59,943 nt of DNA, from positions 248,001 to 307,943 of the IMG/VR virus record IMGVR_UViG_3300012277_000001. One strand, written 5' to 3'. The translations under genes and the position numbers were made by a program. This document shows, one piece after another, positions 52,985 through 59,943 of this stretch. Source of the stretch: an uncultured virus (IMG/VR IMGVR_UViG_3300012277_000001). Taxonomy: Duplodnaviria > Heunggongvirae > Uroviricota > Caudoviricetes. Positions within the stretch are counted from its first letter, which is position 1. Every line of letters begins with the position of its first letter. The notes below the pieces were generated by a model that searched no databases, was not told the DNA's origin, and saw nothing but the letters and a program-made list of their open reading frames with translations.

Positions 52985-53346
52985 AGCGCTATCATATTTA
53001 TCTGCGTGGCACCAAACACATCGGTTCAGTTACGGCCCAACTCATGGCGCAATGCATCCGCGACTATGACCGGTTTGATTATCCGTGGATGGCAAACTTG
53101 CTTCGTGACCTGTGCGCAGATGCAAAAGAGCGGGCAAAGCCGGACTGTCCGCCAGTGCGCCCACTGGTTGTCAACGAAGTGCAGGCTTCCGCGTGGGCCA
53201 TCGCAGTTAACGCCACCAAAGCAACCCGCAAGGCGTTGGAATGCACGCTCGCTACGCAGCGCCACGGCATGTTCATTGGTTGGAGCGAAACACCCCTGCC
53301 CGATCCCGACACCGTGCGCTGTGCGCACTGCCAGCGCCCCTACTGA
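52981..53346 (+). CDS. Hypothetical protein with C-terminal CxxC
   Basis: ATGA overlap, SD AAGGA. Confidence 0.7.
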   Translation: MKRYHIYLRGTKHIGSVTAQLMAQCIRDYDRFDYPWMANLLRDLCADAKERAKPDCPPVRPLVVNEVQASAWAIAVNATKATRKALECTLATQRHGMFIGWSETPLPDPDTVRCAHCQRPY

Positions 53347-53360
53347 GGCTTACAGGTCGA

Positions 53361-53389
53361 TTGACCGTCTGTCGGCCTTTGGGTACAAT
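53361..53389 (+). promoter_or_regulatory. Sigma70 promoter, copy 6
   Basis: TTGACC-17-TACAAT. Confidence 0.8.
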
Positions 53390-53394
53390 GAAAC

Positions 53395-53462
53395 CTCTTC
53401 GCCCAACTGTGGGCCGAGAACATACAGTCACACGATAAGGGAAGTTTAGGACTTCCCTTTTT
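53395..53462 (+). ncRNA. Candidate ~70-nt small RNA or attenuated leader carrying the TCAC-N7-GGGAAGTTT motif
   Basis: 5' hairpin gccca/tgggc; motif 53425-53447; aagggaagt pairs with acttccctt (53451-53459), then T-run; no ATG at the usual offset. Confidence 0.55.
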
Positions 53463-53489
53463 CATATTGGACCCAACGAGGAAATAACC

Positions 53490-53954
53490 ATGAACTTCAA
53501 ACAATCGCTGATCACCATCCTGCAATTCAACCGCGTTACCTCCGAAGAGGTGGGCGACATTTCTGTGGCACTCGCTTCGGGGTTGATCACCGAAACCGAG
53601 TTTCTGAAAAAATTGATCGACCTTGCGAATCGCAGTAACTCGGTTCCCAAGGAAGCGCTGGAAAAGATGGCGCAGGAATCTTTCCCGTATAGCGTGGCCA
53701 CCGGCAGCTATGATGACGATGGTGAAAACTGCAAATACTGCGATGACTTCGCCAGCATGCGCGATGCGATTACCGCGTGGGAAGAGTATTCGCCGGGTGC
53801 TGCATGGGCACGCATCGAGTTCACGTGCGACGGATTCACCTACGGCCTCGATCCCTACAAGATCCGCAAAGCCAAGCGGGTGAAAATGGACGATGGCGAA
53901 ACGCGCACCATGTACATGCGCTGCAACGAGCGCGGCGAATTCATCGACCAGTGA
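53490..53954 (+). CDS. Hypothetical protein
   Basis: Own SD GAGGA downstream of the terminator-like hairpin. Confidence 0.75.
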   Translation: MNFKQSLITILQFNRVTSEEVGDISVALASGLITETEFLKKLIDLANRSNSVPKEALEKMAQESFPYSVATGSYDDDGENCKYCDDFASMRDAITAWEEYSPGAAWARIEFTCDGFTYGLDPYKIRKAKRVKMDDGETRTMYMRCNERGEFIDQ

Positions 53955-53956
53955 TA

Positions 53957-53992
53957 ATTCTCAAGGGCATCTAGATCGGTGCCCTTCGGAAT
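53957..53992 (+). promoter_or_regulatory. GCAU-Y-N6-R-GUGC hairpin, copy 4
   Basis: attc-tc-aagggcatc-tagatc-ggtgccctt-cg-gaat. Confidence 0.75.
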
Positions 53993-54020
53993 GACCACAA
54001 ACAGAAATAGAGGAAAGCAG

Positions 54021-54590
54021 ATGGAAAATATCAAATACCACGTTGTTAAAGCATCGCGTTCTTATAGCGGTGTGGGTTACAGCGGGCCTGCCTTGAAGCG
54101 CACCACATTCTCCGAAATGGAAAGTGCATCGTTCGACAATCTGACCACCGCCATTCACTGTGCGACGCAACTGAACGAAGAAAATCCGGTAGGCTTCGAG
54201 ATTTACCATCGGGGCCAATTGGTGTGGCCTGAAAAGGGCGTGCGGAAACAGGCGGGCAACAACCCAGCGGTTCCCGATGAACACGCGCTGCGTCTCGCAG
54301 GCTATGTTCTGGCGTCGGCCAAATGCCACGAAGACAACTACGACAAAGAGGCGGCCAGCGAGGCCGAAAAAGAAGCGGGGGCCGAATACGACAATGCGAA
54401 AGCATCGGGCGACCCCTATTACTACATGCACGTTGTAGACTTCGCCAAGTTCTACAAACTGACGTTGCGCCAAGCTGTAGAAGCCACGGCGCCCGCTGCA
54501 TTTGTGGAGCCGGTTTACCTGCTGCTGCAACTAAGCTGGAACGACGCCCTCGACTGGGCCAAGCGCATCACGGAAGGCCAGCCGAGCTAA
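54021..54590 (+). CDS. Hypothetical protein
   Basis: SD GAGGA. Confidence 0.75.
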   Translation: MENIKYHVVKASRSYSGVGYSGPALKRTTFSEMESASFDNLTTAIHCATQLNEENPVGFEIYHRGQLVWPEKGVRKQAGNNPAVPDEHALRLAGYVLASAKCHEDNYDKEAASEAEKEAGAEYDNAKASGDPYYYMHVVDFAKFYKLTLRQAVEATAPAAFVEPVYLLLQLSWNDALDWAKRITEGQPS

Positions 54591-54657
54591 GGAGAGACGA
54601 TGCACCTGCAATTCGTATTTATTCAGTGGCGATCACCTAAGCCACTGAGAACGCAAA

Positions 54658-54978
54658 ATGTCGCGCACTATCCGACGCCATAACCTGTGCCCATACAACA
54701 CCGGAGACGTTTACCACGTAGACGATTCCCGCTGGCGTGATGTGTGGCCCGGTTTGGATTATCAGCAGTATCAGAAATTGGCGCTGGCACATTTCCACCG
54801 TGACAACGCCGACATTTTTGGCACTGAGTATTCGATCCCTCGGCTGTACGGCCACCTTTGCCAAGAACGCCCACAACGGCGCCAGATTCGCGCACAGCTT
54901 TATCGTGCGTGGCGCTATGATGAATGGGACGACCTGAGCGTCAAACGTTGGCCCAAGGATTGGACGATTTACTACTGA
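54658..54978 (+). CDS. Hypothetical Arg-rich protein (MSRTIRR N-terminus)
   Basis: Open frame; N-terminus typical of phage hypotheticals. Confidence 0.7.
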   Translation: MSRTIRRHNLCPYNTGDVYHVDDSRWRDVWPGLDYQQYQKLALAHFHRDNADIFGTEYSIPRLYGHLCQERPQRRQIRAQLYRAWRYDEWDDLSVKRWPKDWTIYY

Positions 54979-54981
54979 CGA

Positions 54982-55018
54982 TCCAGTGAAGGGCATTCAC
55001 CCGAGTGCCCTTTGCGGA
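54982..55018 (+). promoter_or_regulatory. GCAU-Y-N6-R-GUGC hairpin, copy 5
   Basis: tcc-a-gtgaagggcattc-accc-gagtgccctttgc-gga. Confidence 0.75.
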
Positions 55019-55031
55019 AACATCAGGGTAC

Positions 55032-55445
55032 ATGAAAATGGAAAATGATCTGCAACTGACGACGCAGCATTTAGATCCAGATAAGCGCGCCTATTCGCTG
55101 CACAAAAATGGGCAGGCTGTTGCTTATTTGGAAGTTGACGCCTATTCGAAATTCTTGGCACTCGAAGACGTTGTGACCTACGACGCACATCGCCGCAAAG
55201 GCTACATGCGGCAGATGATTACCGAGGTAGTCAAACGCGAAGGGGCTGAAGTGGTTCGCTTGCTGGTCTATCCAGACAATAAGCCTGCGATCAAACTTTA
55301 TCGGTCGCTAGGTTTTCGGTTTGCCAAAGACGGCGTTTATCGTAAGTCATTGGGCGCCCGATGTGCTGATCCGGAAGACGCAAAGATTTTGGAAAAGCTG
55401 CCTGAAATGGTTTGGGCCGCGTCGAGGAAATTGGAGGAAGTATGA
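55032..55445 (+). CDS. GNAT acetyltransferase
   Basis: V.T...HRRKGYMR motif A; L.V..DN.PAIKLYRSLGF motif B. Confidence 0.9.
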   Translation: MKMENDLQLTTQHLDPDKRAYSLHKNGQAVAYLEVDAYSKFLALEDVVTYDAHRRKGYMRQMITEVVKREGAEVVRLLVYPDNKPAIKLYRSLGFRFAKDGVYRKSLGARCADPEDAKILEKLPEMVWAASRKLEEV

Positions 55446-56395
55446 ACCGCAAGGATCTGGAAAAACTGTTCGACCGTTACGATGTTTACTACGACGAAGT
55501 TGGGTTGGACGTACGCGATGTTCGCACAGGCAGGCATATCGGTTCGGTGCACTACATCAGCGGCACCACCGGTTCCGAAGTGCTGGCAGTCTGCAATAGC
55601 GAATTGAGTACACTGCGCCAACCCAAGCTGATTTCGATTGGCGGCGAATGCAGTTTCCGCAACGTTCACGAATTGGCCAACTCGCTAAACAGCGACCGCC
55701 GTCTGGAAGGCAAACGGCCTGCAAGCGAGCGCATGCTTAATCGAGAATTCAAAGCGTGCGCCAAATTCGATTTCGAATCGTGCGTGAAGCTGTTAAAGGC
55801 GTGGTTGGACTTCCTGTTCTTCGCAGACGGCAATAACGAACTGCCCGAAGACGTTACCGACCGCCTGAACAAAGCGGGCAAACGCCACTATGGCAAAGTG
55901 CGCAAGGCACGTACCAGCGTTGTAGCCGAGGCGCCTAAACCCTATACCGGCCCCCATGGCTGGAACGATGCCATACGCGCCCTGCACGGCCCAAAGGAGA
56001 GCGATTCGGACGAACCCGATGCTACCCTAGCGCCTACCGAGAAAAACGCGCCTCTGATCCTCGGAACGCTCAAGGCGTTGGATGCCAACGCCACGCACGA
56101 AGGCAGGCATCAAGCGGTGTATGAACACGTGCTGAAGAACGGCCCGGTGTGTCGCCGGGAGTTGGTCGAAAGCGTAAGCATTTCGCGGGTAAACGTTACA
56201 CGGATCATCCGCCGTCTGGAAAATTGCGGGCTGTTGATCGAAAAGCCCTGCGGGATCGGCAAACACTTTGTGGCGTTGGCATCGTGTGGCATCGACGTAA
56301 CTCGCGTGGCAGCCGCGTACGCAGTGCTGGTAATGCAACGCACGTACGAAGAAATGGCTGACAAATATAAATCTGCATACGGGACCATGCCATAA
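55442..56395 (+). CDS. Protein with C-terminal winged-HTH (MarR/ROK-type)
   Basis: VYEHVLKNGPVCRRELVE...ISR..VTRII.RLE..GLL. Confidence 0.75.
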   Translation: MNRKDLEKLFDRYDVYYDEVGLDVRDVRTGRHIGSVHYISGTTGSEVLAVCNSELSTLRQPKLISIGGECSFRNVHELANSLNSDRRLEGKRPASERMLNREFKACAKFDFESCVKLLKAWLDFLFFADGNNELPEDVTDRLNKAGKRHYGKVRKARTSVVAEAPKPYTGPHGWNDAIRALHGPKESDSDEPDATLAPTEKNAPLILGTLKALDANATHEGRHQAVYEHVLKNGPVCRRELVESVSISRVNVTRIIRRLENCGLLIEKPCGIGKHFVALASCGIDVTRVAAAYAVLVMQRTYEEMADKYKSAYGTMP

Positions 56396-56856
56396 TGCAC
56401 AGCATCACGTTCATAAAAACCAACACCACCAACGCAGTTTCCATCAAGTTGGCTCGCATGCTGGGTTACGAACCTTACCCGGATGGCGAATGGCGTTACA
56501 AAAGCGACACGAAAATTGGTTGCATGTACCGCCCGATCAAACCCGCGCCGGGCATCGAATTCGATAATCGCTGCCCAACCGATTTCGATCCGTTCCGTGA
56601 TGGCGTGGATACGATGGCAGTTCAATCGCTGCTGAATATCGAAACCAAGTTTCAGACAATTGGCGGCGACCGCTACGTGGCTGCAACCAACGGCGAATTT
56701 TCGGTGCGGGTGAACGTGCCCAAAAGCGAACACCATCGCGGGGCCGCTGGCGCACTTCAGGCCGCGACCATGGCCGTGGCAATGCTGTACCTTGAGCACC
56801 ATTTCGGCATTGTTTACGTGCCTGATGAAATTGTGCAGGTGGGGGCCGATGAATAA
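56395..56856 (+). CDS. Hypothetical protein
   Basis: TAATG coupling. Confidence 0.7.
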   Translation: MHSITFIKTNTTNAVSIKLARMLGYEPYPDGEWRYKSDTKIGCMYRPIKPAPGIEFDNRCPTDFDPFRDGVDTMAVQSLLNIETKFQTIGGDRYVAATNGEFSVRVNVPKSEHHRGAAGALQAATMAVAMLYLEHHFGIVYVPDEIVQVGADE

Positions 56857-57211
56857 GCCAATTGATAAGATGCGCCAACACCTTATCGCAACGGTCAACG
56901 TTTACATCGGCCACGAAAAAGACAGAACTGTAAATGTACTCTACTGGCCCGGCTACGGCGTTGTCATGCCTTCAGCCGTAACCACGAACGGCAATGTTTG
57001 GTGCGCCGCTGAGTACATACACGGGCAACAAAACAACAAACGCCAGCTGGAAAAGATGGAGCCGGGAACGCCGGTCAAGGTCGTGTGTACCGTGCTGGAT
57101 GGCGAAGCTTTCGTGGAACTGGACTACACCAGACCTGTAGAAGAGATTCGCGAAAAACTTCTTAAAGCTGCCAAGCAATTCGATGGGGTTTCAGAAAATG
57201 CAGTTGATTGA
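56849..57211 (+). CDS. Hypothetical protein
   Basis: Overlapping start, SD GGTGG. Confidence 0.7.
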   Translation: MNKPIDKMRQHLIATVNVYIGHEKDRTVNVLYWPGYGVVMPSAVTTNGNVWCAAEYIHGQQNNKRQLEKMEPGTPVKVVCTVLDGEAFVELDYTRPVEEIREKLLKAAKQFDGVSENAVD

Positions 57212-57533
57212 CCCGCGTAACCAAGTAGTTTCCGGCTGGACTGTTGACCAGTTCTTGCTGGTGCAGAAATTCATGCCTACGCACCTGTACACCAGCCGCG
57301 ACGTTTTCGGTTTGGACGTTGGGCAAGTTTTGGAATTGTCGCTGAGCGAGTTGGAAATCCAGCTTGGCCGTGCACACGAAAACATCATGTGCGGCCTGCA
57401 ATCTGCCGTACACTTCGATCAAATTGCCCAGCTGCATCGAGCCGGTTTGCTGATTGCATTGCTGCAAGATCGTTTGGCGCGTATGCAGTTGTCGGGGGAT
57501 ACGCCGATCCGCTGCCTGATTGCTGATAGCTGA
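57198..57533 (+). CDS. Hypothetical protein
   Basis: Overlapping start. Confidence 0.65.
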   Translation: MQLIDPRNQVVSGWTVDQFLLVQKFMPTHLYTSRDVFGLDVGQVLELSLSELEIQLGRAHENIMCGLQSAVHFDQIAQLHRAGLLIALLQDRLARMQLSGDTPIRCLIADS

Positions 57534-57557
57534 CAGAAAATTTGGGAGCATGCTTTA

Positions 57558-58265
57558 ATGACTGATCAGAAAATCATCGTCGATCTTTCGTGTGGGGGTT
57601 ATACCGACCCCGACACCAAGGAAGTGAAAAGCTGGTTGAGTTCCAATATCGGCCACATGTACGACCATGAAAAAGAACTGTTGGCCAAAGCACCGGGTTT
57701 CGTCGGTTATCCGCACGGCAATTTCTACGGTTCTGCTTTCATCGAAGGTACGGCAGCGGAACTGGAAGCATTTTTCGCGGAATTCGTCAAAGAATATGAC
57801 GACGAACATACGGCCCGCGAAGTGCCGATGATCATGGAGCGTGTGCGTCGGGGCGACCGCCTGATTCGCTGCTACCACATTGTATGGCCCGGTCGCTACC
57901 CCGAAGAGCGTGTAGACAGTCAGACGTTCGCCAGAATGCACCAAGTGCTGGCACACGAAGAATGTCGCAGCTGGAGCCACCTCGGTTCCATGCGTGACCA
58001 CATGCGACAATACGCATTGTGGGAAGTTGTAAACGTCGGCTTGTATGACACGTGGTTCAGCATCGAATACCGCAACGGACACAAGCCAAATTTCTCGTAC
58101 TACGAAATCGGGTTCGAGTTCAACACTGACGAAACAGCGCCGGAAAAACCGAAACCTGCTGGTGAAGATTTTGTGCAGTTCATGAAATGCGTGGAAGCAG
58201 TGGCCGGACGCTACAACGAAAAGCTCGCATGGTTTGAGCAGCACATGCGCCAAGAACCGCGTTAA
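57558..58265 (+). CDS. Hypothetical protein
   Basis: SD GGGAG. Confidence 0.75.
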   Translation: MTDQKIIVDLSCGGYTDPDTKEVKSWLSSNIGHMYDHEKELLAKAPGFVGYPHGNFYGSAFIEGTAAELEAFFAEFVKEYDDEHTAREVPMIMERVRRGDRLIRCYHIVWPGRYPEERVDSQTFARMHQVLAHEECRSWSHLGSMRDHMRQYALWEVVNVGLYDTWFSIEYRNGHKPNFSYYEIGFEFNTDETAPEKPKPAGEDFVQFMKCVEAVAGRYNEKLAWFEQHMRQEPR

Positions 58266-58282
58266 AGGTGGAGTAATATTCT

Positions 58283-58744
58283 GTGAATTTCACATCGGGG
58301 TTTTCGCTGGACTACGATAAGGAAGTGGAAAAGTGCGACCAGCTTCGCAAGTGGGGCCACGTCCGCGATATACGCAATACCAAGCTGAACCCCGATGCGA
58401 AATCGCCTGACGGCATTGTTTACTTTGGCCAACGCATCGTTTCCAAAAAGGGCACTGTTCGTTTTGCCGGTGAAATTTGGCAAACTGAATTCTTGCTGCC
58501 CTTTGCTGGGTTTCAGGTTGGTTTGTGCGTATGGGATTACTGGATTACGAAAATCCAAGTGTACCGACCGGACTACCCAAGCGGTACTTACATGTTCACC
58601 CTGCACAGTGAACGCGAAGGCGACAAAGAACGGCATGAAGAATACCTGCTGCGTCAAGAACGCATTCAGGAAATGGACGAACGAAACGGCGGGGCCTATT
58701 TCAGGATGCCCGGCCTTAAATTGGTTAAGGGTAGGGCAGAATGA
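58283..58744 (+). CDS. Protein with Mu-transposase C-terminal-like beta domain
   Basis: RIVSKKGTVRFAGEIW....L..FAG.QV....WDY.....IQVY; GTG start, SD GGAG. Confidence 0.55.
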   Translation: MNFTSGFSLDYDKEVEKCDQLRKWGHVRDIRNTKLNPDAKSPDGIVYFGQRIVSKKGTVRFAGEIWQTEFLLPFAGFQVGLCVWDYWITKIQVYRPDYPSGTYMFTLHSEREGDKERHEEYLLRQERIQEMDERNGGAYFRMPGLKLVKGRAE

Positions 58745-59252
58745 AACGACCTCGTTTTGAAGATATGCGCCAAGGCGTTACCGTCTACACCGTATGGGTT
58801 TTGATCCGCTGTGCTGCGATGTGTTCGGCAACATCTGGAAATCTACCATCGAAAAGCATTTTGTGACCGGTAAACCCTACATGTACACCGATATCGGTTG
58901 GCGTGTTCCAACCGAACGTGTGACCAGCTGGGGCACCACGAACGACGAAGGGTTTTTCTTGGGCACCTACGACGTGCCCAATACACCAGAGGCCATGGGC
59001 AACCGAACGGCGCATCGCTGCTTCTGGACCTACAAGGCGGCCAAGCGCTACTCCGAACGCATGCGTAGCGGCTGCCTCACTGCGAAGGAATGGCAGCATG
59101 CCAAAAGCTGGGCCGAGTTCCGCGACGATCTGCACAGCATGTCGGCCTACATTGACGATTACGATTACGGGTGTGACGACAGCTACGCGGAACGCGTGGA
59201 CTTTGACGACCTAGAGGAAGAAATGGAAAATGACGAACATAGTCGGATTTAA
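58741..59252 (+). pseudogene. Hypothetical gene split by an apparent 1-nt frameshift near 58795-58802
   Basis: ATGA-coupled start 58741 stops at 58866; the body continues in the -1 frame (58794-59252), whose ATG lacks an SD. Confidence 0.5.
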
Positions 59253-59652
59253 AGAACGCACTTTGCGTGGCCCGATGGAAAATAATCGGGTTATGCCCGA
59301 TCAGGTCAAACCGGGCTGCACTATCTTTCGCGTGACAGCCCCCGGCCACCGCCCACCGCGTGTAGAAGAACTGCTGGTTAAAACCGCGCCACGCCCCCAC
59401 GGTACGAACGGCGCAATGGCGTTCAAGGCCCAGCAGGTCATAGATGGGAAACCGCGCCGGTTTGAATCGTTCTGCACGTTGCAGGATTTCGGAATTATCA
59501 TCAACGATTACAACATGTCGATGACGTTTCACGACCGTGCAAATGCCGAGGCCTACCGCGACCGTCTCATACGCCAAGACCTGACGGCGTTCGAGCATAA
59601 ACGCCTGACGAAAGTCCGGATACACAACCTTCACAAATTTCTCAATGGGTGA
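59230..59652 (+). CDS. Hypothetical protein
   Basis: Overlapping start; good codon usage. Confidence 0.7.
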   Translation: MTNIVGFKERTLRGPMENNRVMPDQVKPGCTIFRVTAPGHRPPRVEELLVKTAPRPHGTNGAMAFKAQQVIDGKPRRFESFCTLQDFGIIINDYNMSMTFHDRANAEAYRDRLIRQDLTAFEHKRLTKVRIHNLHKFLNG

Positions 59653-59658
59653 CAAATC

Positions 59659-59943
59659 ATGCGCTTTGAAATCGGACAGAATGTTTGGGTAATGTGGGCC
59701 GACCATCAAGACGGCTGGTTGTATCCTTTCTACACAACGCTGCAAAACTTCGACAAAGTTGAAAAGTGGCCAGAATTGCAGTTCCGCAAAATGAACATCA
59801 CCGAGCACCATCGAGTGCGCGGCGAGTGGGACAACAACGACGCTACGCCCGCCTATGACGGCTTTGTGGCCGTCGATGAAAAAGGCAGCGTGTGGCACAA
59901 TCAATATCCGATCTGCCATACGGGCAGCCAGACCAGTGATGGC
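59659..59943 (+). CDS. Hypothetical protein (3'-truncated by window)
   Basis: ATG 59659, open to the end: MRFEIGQNVWVMWADHQDGW... Confidence 0.7.
   Translation, partial: MRFEIGQNVWVMWADHQDGWLYPFYTTLQNFDKVEKWPELQFRKMNITEHHRVRGEWDNNDATPAYDGFVAVDEKGSVWHNQYPICHTGSQTSDG

Noticed and set aside
34705..55018. Repeated leader and hairpin motifs as a CRISPR-like array or MITE
   Set aside because: Copies are kilobases apart, tied to promoters or gene junctions, and have no regular spacers, terminal IRs or target duplications
58796..58802. GGGTTTT as a programmed -1 frameshift site
   Set aside because: The heptamer is phased to the downstream frame rather than the incoming 58741 frame, so tandem slippage would not join the two ORFs
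1..59943. Stop-codon reassignment (alternative genetic code)
   Set aside because: Genes tile densely under code 11, and TAA, TGA and TAG all end well-formed genes

Overview
This window is a 60-kb segment of a large lytic myovirus genome, and every credible gene is on the + strand. Gene order and protein motifs suggest a jumbo phage of the Pseudomonas Lu11/PaBG - Ralstonia RSL1 type. That assignment is recalled similarity, not a search result. 1-17 kb is the morphogenesis block: scaffold-like protein, head decoration protein, major capsid protein, tail sheath, tail tube, T4 gp26-like hub factors, a tape-measure/hub protein with two peptidoglycan-hydrolase domains, and baseplate genes. 17-34 kb holds dCTP deaminase, a metallophosphoesterase, SLOG, MazG-like and degenerate AAA+ proteins, a stand-alone muramidase and many hypothetical genes. 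34-60 kb is an early/host-takeover region of small genes behind sigma70 promoters. The most interesting signal is a layer of non-coding and recoding control. (i) Six sigma70 promoters share a leader of 5' hairpin, TCAC-N7-(G/A)GGAAGTT, then the start codon; the sixth copy folds the motif into a terminator and would make a ~70-nt RNA. (ii) Five intercistronic hairpins share a covarying GCAU-Y-N6-R-GUGC core. (iii) A likely programmed -1 frameshift (A AAA AAG plus a hairpin) extends a 309-aa virion protein to ~576 aa. (iv) A 14-bp hairpin buries the endolysin start codon beside a candidate late promoter, as in T4 gene e. (v) There are also RsmA/CsrA-type hairpins, a CTG start codon and Z-DNA-prone tracts upstream of promoters. 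I saw no tRNA, rRNA, CRISPR array or intact mobile element. Functional calls come from motif recognition by eye only.
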